64,000 nt of DNA from Podarcis gaigeae (Eukaryota), in assembly GCA_964106915.2 (NCBI GenBank), contig OZ066924.1; one strand, 5' to 3'. Under the pieces are notes generated by a model. The model was not told the DNA's origin. It did no database searches and was given only the letters and a program-made list of their open reading frames with translations. The position numbers and the translations under genes are program-made. Below are positions 1-11,849 of the stretch, piece by piece (positions within the stretch are counted from its first letter, which is position 1; each line of letters begins with the position of its first letter).

Positions 1-3000
1 CACCTTATGCTGGCAATGAATACATTCATACAATTCAAAAATGTGCATAATGCAAATCAAGTCCATGTTGCTTGTTACCTTTAATTAATTTGTTGCACTA
101 CTTTTATTCCATCACATTTTCTAGCAAAAAAAGTGATAGTGCCCTTCCAGTAATTGCATTTGATTCCCAAGTCATTATAGAACATGACTTAGGCATAAGG
201 AGGAAAGGTGGTTTTTTTTAAAAAAAATGCAAACGAGGTAAATCTTTAAAAAGCTTCCAAAGAGTATTGGAGCCGTAGAGCCCTTTTACCATCCATGGGC
301 AGTTCCTTTAACAAAAGATGCTCTTAAGTGATGCTGGCTTCTCATTTGTCAGTTCAGAGATTTCTCTTGTCTCCTCTGCTCTGCGTGCTGTATAATTTAA
401 GGTGACTCATTACACTGCAAAGTTCACCTTCCGTTATAATGTTTTCTTTCGTAAGCACTCTCCAGCAAGTGCTGTAGTGTAAACATGAGTAGCTACGCAG
501 GCGAACATTTATTAAATACTGATGAATATTTCAATACCTAAGGGAGAGCAATTCACAGCTCAATCATTCAGGCCATTTTAAGTGCAGCAGAAGACAATTC
601 CACTACATCTTCCATTAATATTTTATTGCCCATTTTATTCTGTTTACCTTTTTGGTTAATATATAATTTAAACCTCTTCTAACCCAAAAAAGGAGGGGGA
701 GAGGGAGAAGTGCAAGGAGAGAACAACTGTTAGCCTGCTTTTAACAAACCTCTGGTGAGAGCTTCCACTTCATTTAAAATTCATTGCAAAGAATTGTATT
801 TAATACTGGTAACGCAAACCTCAGGTATTCAAGTCAAACTTGGAAGCAAGTATTGTACAGCAGTCTACACTCTTCCATGGGCTGCGTAGAGACATCAAAC
901 CACGACTAGCAGCCATTACGCACAAAACACACACACACCAGAGCCTGCAAAGAGTTATTGCATCCTGACCTAGAGGGAAGATGGCATTCCAACCTGGAAT
1001 GGAACATTACGTCTTGCCCTAGAGAAAGAAAGCCCTTCTGACTGACCCAACAGCCATGCTCACAAACAAACAGCAAGGGATTGGTCACACAGCAGGTGGG
1101 GTTCTGCCAGATCCTCTCTGGTGCATACAACACACACAACACTGCAAAAATAGATCAATTTCAGCATGGAATATTATTTGTCCTCCTTAACAGAAACAGG
1201 TCAGATAAAAGCATCCATCCTCCAGATATTCTTTTGAGTCTTTAGATAAAAATGTATTCTATACAGATACTTATCCTTTGGGCTATCCTTTTGGAAGATC
1301 TAACTACTAGATGATACAGTACTAGATATAAAGAATAGGGTAGTTCACAAGACTATAGAAGATGGCTATCCTTGTTTGTAATAAACTAGACTCTCCAATA
1401 AATATATCTTGTTAGAAACATGATTGACAAGCATCAGTCCATCTATATGGCTAACATACATGCCCATGGAGTGACAGAGTTACGCTATAAGCAGCTAATG
1501 AGCATGAATCTGGAGTTAAACCACTAAAAACTAATATTTGCTTAAAGCTATCCTTAAAGCAATGGATGAATATATCAATTATGGTTTTTCTTTGTTTCTC
1601 TTAGGGGTGTGTACAGACTTTAAGATTTGCCTGTATCCGTGTGTTTTTTTTTAAAAAATAATAATTCTGATCTGTTTCACAGTTGCTCTTTACTCTGTCC
1701 ACCGCAATCTATGTTTCTGGTTCCTAGCCGCTTTGTATAAAATAGTGCCCTTGTCTCTATAATTGGGAATCTAAAAAAGACCTTAACTTTCCTCTTTTGT
1801 CCCAAGTGGGTCAAATTTACAGACACAGGAACCCCTCCGGAGTGGACTGCCAATTGGCAGACGAAAAGGGATGCATGTTCCTTCACAAACCCTTAAATGA
1901 CATGTGTATCTTTTTCAACTTGTTATAAATAAAATATGACGGAATGGTGTGCATTCCTATTTGCACATTTAAAAATAAATAAATATTGCAGCTTTGCACC
2001 AGTCCTCCTTTCTAGTGGCTGTGTCCCCTAATAGGATTTACAGGCCCAGGTCTTTAAATAGGCCTTTGCATATCGTCAATAGTCCTTTTAACATGAGGCC
2101 ATCACAGAACTGCCTGTGGTGTTCTGAAGAGCTCCATTATTTGTGGTTCTCATCTTTGGGCTGGAATAGAGCAACATAATTTTTAAAGAAAAGCTTTTAG
2201 TGAAGCTTTGAACTTTCCCCTGATGTTCACTTTTTGGAACACACTTTTTTTTTTTTGGCTGGAAAATTGAATCCTAAAATTTGGAGAAGTGGAAATTTTG
2301 AAGGACAGCTGTGTTTTGGTTTGCATAGTGCATACCCCTCAACCAAAACATCCCATTTTTTTGTGTGCAAGAGCACAGCAGCCATTTCGGGCACTGTGAT
2401 CTTGTGCTGAAAAAGTGCTTTTTAGAGGGCTGTGATCTCAGGCCATGCCCACAAATATGTGAGAGCACAGCACCACCCAAAGCACCTTTTTTGAGGCCAC
2501 AATATCACATTGGGTCACGTGAATCACCTTGGAGAGCAGCCCAGAAGATGTGTGGCCTGGTTTTTGGCCTGGACACGTTGGAAGGCATGATAGTGGTTTA
2601 TGAAATATAAATGATCAGATTCACATTACAACGTGAACTGCATTATTTTTCTCTTGCCCCAAAGGCTCCCCATATGAGCCAGTTGCGCATACTGCTATGG
2701 GTTCATGGTTCTACTTCCAGCAGCTTTAGACAAATATATTTTACAAATGGTCTCTGTGGATAATATTCAGCCTTCCCCAGCCCTACTTTAGGCATAGTAG
2801 CTATTCAAAGTGTATCTGATGAAGGTGTCTAAGAAGATGCAGAAAGCTGTTTATGAATACAAAGATAATTTTACCATGATTTCACACAAGTATTGTTTAC
2901 ATATCTAGCTTTTACTGATCACTTTGAAAGCATATTCATCCCTCTCCCCCAGTACTATAAGCTAGGCAGCTCCATAATACTGCCAATTTTCCCCTCCCCA

Positions 3001-3653
3001 CCTTTGATTTTCTCTCTATTGATGAGGGACTGGTGAGTCCTTTTATTTAAAATTTGCATTGAGTGAACAAAGGCCTTGATTTTGCTTCTTTCACCCACAC
3101 ATTTTAAAAGATATGAATAGTTTCACTGAATTCTATGGGGCTATTCAAAAAGCAAATCATAAAAACGAATCATATACACAAGTGTATGAAGGGCCCGTGT
3201 CTAATGTAACAGTCATTCAAGGCAGACGGGGAAAATATCACAGTGCCAACGACTGAGAAATCTATTATGCAAAGGCAATTCTACCTTTGCTGAGCTCTGG
3301 CGAATTGTTACCTTTTCTTTTCAGCTGCTGTATAAAGACATAAACAAGGTTTCAGCACAAAATGAAGAAAGAAGAACAAACCTGAAGAGTGTCTAAGCAA
3401 AAAGAAAAGCTATCCTTTGTTGTTAGGGAAATGCAGCATTAATTATGATGTCAAAATCAGGTTGCCTTCTACTAGATCTGCCTACTAAAATATGTAAAAC
3501 ACAAGGGCAGTTTTTCTTCCTTGAAAAACAGGGCTACACCTTCCCCCCACAAAACCAGTAAGCTCTGTACCCCACCCTGGTCGTTGGCTGAGTCTCTCAG
3601 TATCTGCTTGACCAGTCAGTTCCCAACCTGCACTCTCATGCAATAACTGTATA

Positions 3654-3905
3654 CAGCGGTACCTCGCAAGACGAATGCCTCGTAAGACGAAAAACTCGCA
3701 AGACGAAAGAGTTTTTCATTTTTTGAGTTGCTTCATAAGATGAATTTCCCTATGGGCTTGCTTCGCAAGATGAAAACGTTTCCTTTTTCTTAAAACCGTT
3801 AATACCCAATGCATTCCTATGGGAATCCGTGCTTCGCAAGATGAAAAATTCGCAAGATGAAAAAACTCGCAGAACGAATTAATTTCGTCTTGCGAGGTAC
3901 CACTG
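3654..3905. mobile_element. Tc1/mariner-superfamily (Tigger/pogo-like) MITE
   Basis: TIRs CAGCGGTACCTCGCAAGACGAA / TTCGTCTTGCGAGGTACCACTG, TA on both sides, many internal CGCAAGAYGAA repeats. Confidence 0.85.
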
Positions 3906-5240
3906 TATAGAGTACCTACAGTAGCTCCAGCAGAGGAAAACACATTTTTTCTTCAGGCAATTCCTTCCCTCACAGGTGGGGCATTGTGCTAAACACTCCC
4001 CTATTAAATCTTCTTCCCCTTGTCTTGTTAACATTCAGGAGTCCTTCAAGACACAGCCGTTACTATAGAGATAGAGTGGTCCTAATAAATGCCACTGACC
4101 AATCCAGCAGCAGCATTTAACAATAGCATTGTTCTAATGAACACCCCCAACCAATCCTGTTGCATCATTTCCCAGTCTTAGCCTGTTGCCCATTCAGAGA
4201 ACAAAGCAGCTTGATTACAGTTGGCCTGCATTTTATGTGGAGGTTGGCTTCCAAGGGTAATGTGTATATATGAAAATCATGTACAGCCAAACCTGCATTA
4301 AACTTGGAGCTGCCCCATGGCTAGCCAACCTTCCTTCTATAGAGAGGATCCCTACCAGTCCCAGACTCAGCACACTGAGTGAGCCTTGCCCAGAAAGCAA
4401 GGCTGAGTGGGGCTATATGGATAACCTTTTTCATAATCGTCCCTCTAAAATAAGATAATAACTTGAAGGCTGCTGGATATGGCAGATAGTGGTTAAAAGT
4501 ATTCAGATGTTCTTTCTAGGTTCCTCATCTGACCCTGGTCCCATAACTTGATAGCCCTTCAGTTGAAAACAAGGAAGGAGAGTGAGAACTGAAAGCAGAG
4601 AAACCAAGAACCAAGAGTCAATGTAATACACATTTGCACTGTATGTGAAGATAAAGCTACGTAGCAGATAAATATCTAAGTTAGGAAAACTGAGACAGCT
4701 GAAGTCAAGGGGGGGTTGGAATTTCCTAATGCGAGGGAAGATACAGTACGTGAAGGAGAAGATAAACATCTAACATAAACAAATGAAACAATCCCCCCCC
4801 TGGAATTCTAGTCCACTGGAAAATTATCATGCAAAGCTGGACTGTGTTTAAAATAAACAAACTTGGGAGCAGATGCTAATCCCAGAATCATTTAATGTTC
4901 CTTCTCATAAACAATCCCAGACCACCTATTTATAAGTCGCTTTCAATGTCTTTAATGTTGCCTGCAGGAACAATGCCCTCTTCTGAGGACTTGCAGTCAT
5001 GAGCCTTGTCACTCACATGCGTTTCCTTGAAACTGGACAAAGGCTGTCAGAGATGGGGGTTGTTTTGGCTTAGAAGCTTCTAGGCTTCATTATGACATCG
5101 AAAATCATTAGCAGCAGTAGATTTGCTGCCTCTTTGAATATGGGGGTTCTTTGCTTTTAACAGCTATTTGTTAGAAATTCAAGTGCTGAGCGAAAATTTC
5201 TATTTTTCATCTCACAATTCCTGTAACTCACAGTTCCAGG

Positions 5241-5387
5241 AATGGCAGGAGCCATAATTTTTGTTGGAGGAGCAGGCTTCATGGGGGTTTTTTTGGGGGG
5301 AGAGAACCTTAATTAGTTAAGTTTTTTTAATTGATTTACTTGATTTAGGGGGAGCAGTTGCCCCCCTGCCCCACGACTATGCCCATG
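5241..5387. mobile_element. hAT-type non-autonomous element
   Basis: Perfect 8-bp TSD GTTCCAGG (5233-5240, 5388-5395); right end ...GACTATGCCCATG, degenerate left end. Confidence 0.65.
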
Positions 5388-5681
5388 GTTCCAGGCTCTC
5401 CACGAGACTAGCATTTATTTTAAACATTCAAAGGGAGATGACATCCACAATCTTACCTTGAGAACTTTCTCTTTCTCAAAACCTTAGAGAAATACTGTTG
5501 CATTACAGTGTTATAGGAGAAGACTTGGCAGCATCCCTATATCTATGTTAACCGTTATACAATAATTTGTTAACACAATGGACTGAGATTCTTCCTTAAA
5601 ATGGCCAACAGACTAAAATGACTCTGAAATTGTATGGATAAGTAAGTTTAGTCCTATGGTTAGTACTATAAGGTTAGTACT

Positions 5682-6220
5682 ATGGTTAAGAAAGCCCAAC
5701 AGAGACTCCATCTCCTCAGAGTATTGTGGAAGAAGGATGTCAATCAACACCTGATGATCTCCTTCTACCGGTCAACAATAGAAAGTGTCCTTTCATACTG
5801 CATCATGGTGTGGTACGCTAGTTTGACATCAACTGGTAGGAAGTGCCTACAGAGGGTGGTGAATACAGCACAAGATATTATGGGCTGTCCCATGAATCCG
5901 CTGGAAGAACATTGCCTCAGGAGAGTGAGGAAAATTCCCAGGGATGATTCACACCCTGGCACTTTCTTGATCTCCTGCCCTCAGGCAGAAGATATAGAAG
6001 CATGATTAGTTGCACCAACAGGGTAAAGAACAGCTTCTATCTGTGGGCTGTTAGGCTGCTGAATGAAAAGAACAGGGCAGCTGTCTTTCGGGTTTGGTGG
6101 GTGTTCGTCAGTAAACGAAGGGAATTAAGACTAAGAGAGCTGAGTGGGGGGTGCTCGTGTAATCTCACTGTATACAAGTTGTACAAGTGACAATAAAGTA
6201 TTTCATCATTTCATTTCATC
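5682..6220 (+). mobile_element. Rex1/Babar-clade LINE, 5'-truncated 3' end
   Basis: KKAQQRLHLLR...FYRSTIESVLSYCIMVWY...DDSHPG, then after a frameshift LLPSGRRYRS...RVKNSFY...AVRLLN, matching the Rex1/Babar ORF C-terminus (DUF1891-like); AATAAA and (TTTCA)n-like tail follow. Confidence 0.85.
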
Positions 6221-6900
6221 ATATCACAATAAACTGAATTACCTGAACCAATCGTTATAGACAAGAGCAATGGTTCCCAAAATGTGGTCCACCACCTTCA
6301 TTCAAGCGGCCCACACAAAGGATGACAAGCAGAAGCAGGATGAAAGCTCAATCTGATCTGAAAAACACTGCACCCAGCAGTGGTTTGCCCAGTGGGCCAA
6401 AGCCACAGGAATAGCCTCCTGGCAGTGGTGTCCTTGTTGACTACTGACAGGAGCAGGGTGGTGGTGAAGTTGGGGCTGTGTGGCAGTTCTGACAGGAGCA
6501 CCAGTTTTGCTCAGCTGGTGTGCCACACAGCCCCAATCTCACTGACACCTCGACCCTCCGCCTTTTGATAAGCAGCAGCAATACTATAAGTCTGGCTCCA
6601 CCCCACTGAGAAAGCCACTCCTGATTACACCCAGCTTAATAAAACTTCACTCCTGAAAACAAACACTTCAATCACGTGAGTAAAGCACTCTGGGTAATGA
6701 GTTATCGTGTGCTTTTCCCACCATAAGTAAGTGACTGACTGAGACCCATTGAAATTGTAAAAGGCTGGGAAGGAGCTTTGAGAATCACTGGACTCTCAAT
6801 CTGGTAAGGTCGCGTTTAGGAGAATGCAAAGAATTAGTATGTATGACTGATATAGTGCTTTATGTCTCTCCTCTTATTAATATATACAGTAAGCTTGTAA

Positions 6901-7261
6901 GGGCACGCGGGTGGCGCTGTGGGTGAAACCACTGAGACTAGGACTTGCCGATCAGAAGGTCGGCGGTTCAAATCCCCGTGATGGGGTGAGCTCCCGTTCT
7001 TCGGTCCCTGCTCCTGCCAACCTAGCAGTTCAAAAACACTTCAAAGTGCAAGTAGATAAATAGGTACCACTCTGGCGGGAAGGGAAACGGCGTTTCTGTG
7101 TGCTGCTCTGGTTCGTCAGAAGCAGCTTAGTCATGCTGACCACATGATCCGGAAGCTGTCTGCAGACAAACGCTGGTGCCCTCGGCCTATAGAGGGAGAT
7201 GAGAATGCAACCCCAGAGTAGGTCACGACTGGACCTAATGGTCAGGGGTCCCTTTACCTTT
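6901..7261 (+). mobile_element. Sauria SINE
   Basis: tRNA-like head with B-box-like GGTTCAAATCC, conserved core CTCCTGCCAACCTAGCAGTT, TTTACCTTT tail, TSD TAAGCTTGTAAGG (6890-6902 overlapping the head, 7262-7274). Confidence 0.95.
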
Positions 7262-8134
7262 TAAGCTTGTAAGGTGGGCCAGTATTTTTGTAAATGGAGA
7301 GTCAAGATGAAGGAATTCATGGCTGAGATGAGATTTGTATGGAAGAGTTTTCATCTGGCTCTTATAGGCTGCTATAAGAATATACACTTACTTGGGAGTA
7401 AGTTCTAATGGGTTGGACTTCCTTTTAAGTAGATATACAAAGGGTTGGGCCACACAGCACATCACTTGACACAGGCAGCCTCAGAAACTGTAGCTCAGTT
7501 TCAGGAAGATTGGTCTGAATGGTCTTGGGATCTTTGCTGGAACTGAAGGAGGAACAACAACAACCACCCTCATGCAATCTCTGTGCTATAGCAGTTCCCA
7601 TCAATTAAAGATCAAGATGCATTTTGAATGTTTACTCCAAATATTCTAGTTTGGCAGAGTTTTAAATAACTGAGTTGGAAAAGGAATGTTTGCTAAGTCT
7701 GTTTTATGACATTAAGTGTTGTGTGATAACAGTAATTGAGTTACCCTCTTGAACTGGAGCAGGCTATAAAATGTAATTCAGGTTATTTGTATTCTTTTCC
7801 TATGTTTTTGAGTAAGAAGGGGTACCAAACGAATCATGTCCTTCTTTTTGAACTGAATTATGGAAATGGAAATTATACACCCAATTCAGATATGAACGTG
7901 GCCTAAGTCTGGTTTTGAGTGCAAACGTTCTTTTCTCTCTCTCTTTTATTTTGAGAAAACAGATATAAACATATGATATGTACATGCAGGCAATAATCAA
8001 CCAAGGTTCTAAACAAACTGAATGGTGCTCAGTTTATAATATAGCCAAGGTTTACAAATTTGCTCCATTGGCTACAACATGGCCTCCTTTCCTAAGGCTC
8101 CTTGCTGATCTCATTAGGGAAGAATGTTAGCCCC

Positions 8135-8282
8135 CAGGGGTGCCAACTTGAATAAAATAAGCCCCACCCTGCATAATCGATCACATGACATGGTGCACAC
8201 ACAGCATTTTTAATTATGTTTTTATATTTTGCTGGAAGCCGCCCAGAGTGGCTGAGGAAACCCAGCCAGATGGGTGGGTATA

Positions 8283-8337
<55 letters not shown>

Positions 8338-8429
8338 GAAATGCTCATCAACTTTGTGGGAGTTGACCCCCCTCAAATATATTATGGGGGGGGCAAAGAA
8401 CCTTCAGCCCCTAGGAGTTGGCTCCTATG
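8135..8429. mobile_element. hAT-like MITE interrupted by an L2 3' fragment
   Basis: Ends CAGGGGTGCCAACT / AGTTGGCTCCTATG; an uninterrupted sister copy lies at 56356-56535; degenerate TSD TTAGCCCC/TTAGCAAC. Confidence 0.65.
8208..8337 (+). mobile_element. L2 LINE extreme 3' end with (ATT)n tail
   Basis: GGAAGCCGCCCAGAGTGGCTG...CCCAGCCAGATGGG matches the 3' UTR of the L2 copies at 40986 and 61148. Confidence 0.8.
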
Positions 8430-11240
8430 TTAGCAACTCATGGACTAAATAGTTATAACAACCTGACAAGCCCAATTTGTGTGACACCCCTCCCCCAATC
8501 CCTGGACAGTGTTGGCCAGGGTGACAAATGTGGTGACCCATGATGTCACTGGACTACAACTCTCATCAGCCCCTGTCAGCATGGCCAAGAATCTGGGAAG
8601 ATAGAACTTGTAGTCCAACAACCTCTGGAGGGCACCATATTGGCTACTCATAGTGTAGCCAAGAAGAAGGCTCATGTCCCAAGGCCAATCAAGAAGCAAC
8701 AACTCCAAAAATTGTCCTCTGCTATGACCTGCTAAGTTCACATCACCTCAATGATGCTGCAGCTAAAATCAAAGTGGAGGTCTACCCATAAGCATGCATC
8801 ACTGCTGGCTGTACAACCATGGTAAACAGGGCAGCCAGCTAGCTGTCTACCCATCTCCTTCCCAGGAAAGGCACACCCAGCCTTCAGTCTGTAACTGGAG
8901 AAGAGCAGAACTCATAACTGATAGTTTCTTGCTACTGTTCTGTTGGGTTGCTGTCCACTGTCCTGATCTAAAAATCCTCTCTCTTGTTCAGTCACGTTAG
9001 TAGCTGTCAGGTGGTGGTCAAGGAGGTAAAGCCATCCTGCTATACTCAAGGTCCAATGTAAAGATGGTACACAGCACCGTCAAGGACTCACAGAAAGCAA
9101 AGGACCTTTCCCCAAATAGTTCTCGAGAAAGCTTGCAAATACTGAGCAAGCTCTGAATTGAGCTGAAGGAGGTTCTCTCATCACAAACTTTGAACGTAGG
9201 AACTTCTAACTGAATAATAAAAATGTCTAGCTAAGAATTGCTTTGGTGGATCCCACTGAGGGTCTGCTTTGTGCATTGCTCTGGTTCGGGAAAGGTGACA
9301 ATTGTCTTATGTTGTTGATCCCACGTGGTATTCGGAATATGGAAGCCCCATGTTTCGCGAATTATAATTGATAGCTGATGATTAGATATTGGGGAGGAAT
9401 TCAATTCAGATCACATTTTAAGACAAACCACACTTTCTGAGAGTCGCCCTTTGAAATTTGCACTTTTTCGCACTGCAGTGCTCCAGTCTATGAAATGTGC
9501 ACAAAAATGAATATACTAAAGTATGCATTCAAATGTATGCATTAGTGCAAACAACATTCAGAAATGCATCAGGGAAAATTACTTAGCAAAAATGTAGATC
9601 AGGCAAAATTGGATGCAAAAATTCACACAAAAATGCTGGTGAATATTGAAGAATTTTAGAAATCCACAAACTGATATGGAAATGTGGAGAACTGAACTAA
9701 AAAAAAAAGAGAGAAACTGAGAGAAACCGAAATGGACACATTCACTCATCCTTAACCAGTGCCTTACCAGTGACAGACTGTCCTCTGTGGATTTGGTGAA
9801 TACTTTTTGAAAAAGCCATATGACCTTGTATTGAAGCCAGCTGGGCTTTTATTTATATTGGGATATGCCATTACTTTCTGTTTTGCTTGAGGGTTTGTTA
9901 TATCCTGGTTAGCTGCAAATGTTGCATTCGTCTTAATGACTTAAGCTTCTGCTCTAAATTAGTTGTGTTAATAATCTCAAATCCCGTGGATAGTAGGGAG
10001 GTTATTTAGTGAATTCAGCTTGATGGGCAAGTACAGGAAAGGCTGTCGTGCTCCAGTGCTCCTGTTATCTATTGCATTTTCTGTTTGCCACTCATACAGA
10101 CAGGGGAATTTACAGCCAATGCTAATTTGGGTAACATCTGAAGCCTTCTCTGACAAGGTAAGTTCAAATTATGTAGTGATCCCTTCTCATACAGAGACCT
10201 TGTTAGGTAGATTAGCGGTAGAAGGGCTCTGTGTGACAGCTTGTTTGCTAAAGGTGAGTCAGGTTCATTTCCAATCCAGGCAGATTATATCATCATTTAA
10301 AGAAAACCATATGTATATAATGATGTCTCTTTAAAAAAATGTCAGAAAGTTCATGTAATATCCCTTCCTTGGTTTTCTTTGCTGTTGACTTCTGAAGGAG
10401 AACAGCGGAAAGCATGTACCTTGGAGTGAGACAGCTAATTTTGTTATGGATGAACACAGTGTTGTGACAAAACAGTGGCACAGCTGTCATAACAGCTGTC
10501 ACACATTAATCATGACACTGACAAATAGCATAATTACTTTATCTGGTATTCCTAGCATGCATTCTCAGTATGTGCTGCTTCAGTGTAGTCGTATCAACCA
10601 TGCTTTAATTAAAAAGACATCAATATAGGTTAGACAGACAAGGGCTAAAAAACAGGGATATGAAATGGAAATGATACTATTTATAGAATTTTTATTTTAT
10701 TTTTTAAATAAGAAGTTATCCAAAGAACAGTTGCTTAGCAGAGGATGTAATTTGTATTGCTTGCTTCTGATTGAGTCTTCCTTATGAATGTGTAAGCTAT
10801 TTGCATGCTGAGCTCCGTTCCCCGGTGTGTTTCCAAGCCAAGATGTGTTATTGAGCAGGTGGCTACATGTACCTTAAATTATCACACCACTCCTGCAGTG
10901 TTTTTAATATTTTTCATAGTAGCAGAGAATTCAAACTGACATCTGTATCCATGGAAATGGTTTGGTGGATTTCTGTTGGACAGGAATTTGAAGGCCTATT
11001 CGGATGGAAACGCATGTGTGGTTTTAATTTGAAAGAAAATTATCTAGGGGTAGGGGAACACATCATTGAGATGTGGGATGCCCTGTGTGACTTGCTCTCT
11101 CAAGAACTATGGGACCCAGAGTTCCTTAGTTCCTACTAATAACTTCTAAGGACAAGCATGAGGAGCAAATATTTTATTTATATTTTTATAATTTAGTCAA
11201 TTTTTATCCCACCTTCCCCAAAGGAAGATAGGGAAGCCCT

Positions 11241-11610
11241 AAAGGTAAAGGTAAAGGACAGTCGCGGATGACTCTGGGGTTGCGGCGCTCATCTCGCTCT
11301 ATAGGCCGAGGAAGCCGGCATTTGTCTGCAGACAGTTTTTCCAGGTCATGTGGCCAGCATGACTAAGCCACTTCTGGTGCAACAGAACACCGAAACCAGA
11401 GCAGCACACGGAAACGCTGTTTACCTTCCCACTGGAGCAGTACCTATTTATCTACTTGCAGTTTTTTGGCGTGCTTTTGAACTGCTAGGTTGGCAGGAGC
11501 TGGGACCGAGCAACGGGCGCTCACCCCATTGCAAGGATTCAAACCACCAACGTTCCAATCGGCAAGCCCAAGAGGCTCAGTGATTTAGACCACTGTGCCA
11601 CCCGTATCCC
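11241..11610 (-). mobile_element. Sauria SINE
   Basis: Reverse complement of the Sauria SINE core; AAAGGTAAAGGT tail at left. Confidence 0.95.
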
Positions 11611-11849
11611 GACTCTGGGCAGATTCCAGCTTCCAACATGTGTAAAAACATAATAAAACATTAAACACTTTCAAAAAATCTCTATACAGAATTGCCTTCA
11701 GACGACCCACGGGTCTGATAACTCCATACTCTCCAACATTTCTCCAATGAAAATTGGAAAAGTGGGACATTCCAGGTTCAAATCTGAAACCAGGACAGTT
11801 TCTCTTACTCAGGGATGTGCCTGGAAAATAGGGACTCTTGGAGGGTCTG
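11611..11849 (-). mobile_element. L2 3'-end fragment joined to a small MITE (11725-11849)
   Basis: ACTCTGGGC...CTTCCAAC...AAAACATTAAAC is the reverse complement of the L2 tail; inverted termini CATACTCTCCAA / TTGGAGGGTCTG. Confidence 0.55.

Noticed and set aside
3654-3905. Spaced repeats resembling a CRISPR array
   Set aside because: Irregular subterminal repeats of a TA-flanked MITE in a eukaryotic context; no cas genes
6901-6980. tRNA gene (A/B boxes)
   Set aside because: SINE head; no cloverleaf, continues into the SINE body
8092-8452. Poly-N/poly-L ORFs (also 15865, 20536, 41136, 51444)
   Set aside because: Translations of microsatellites
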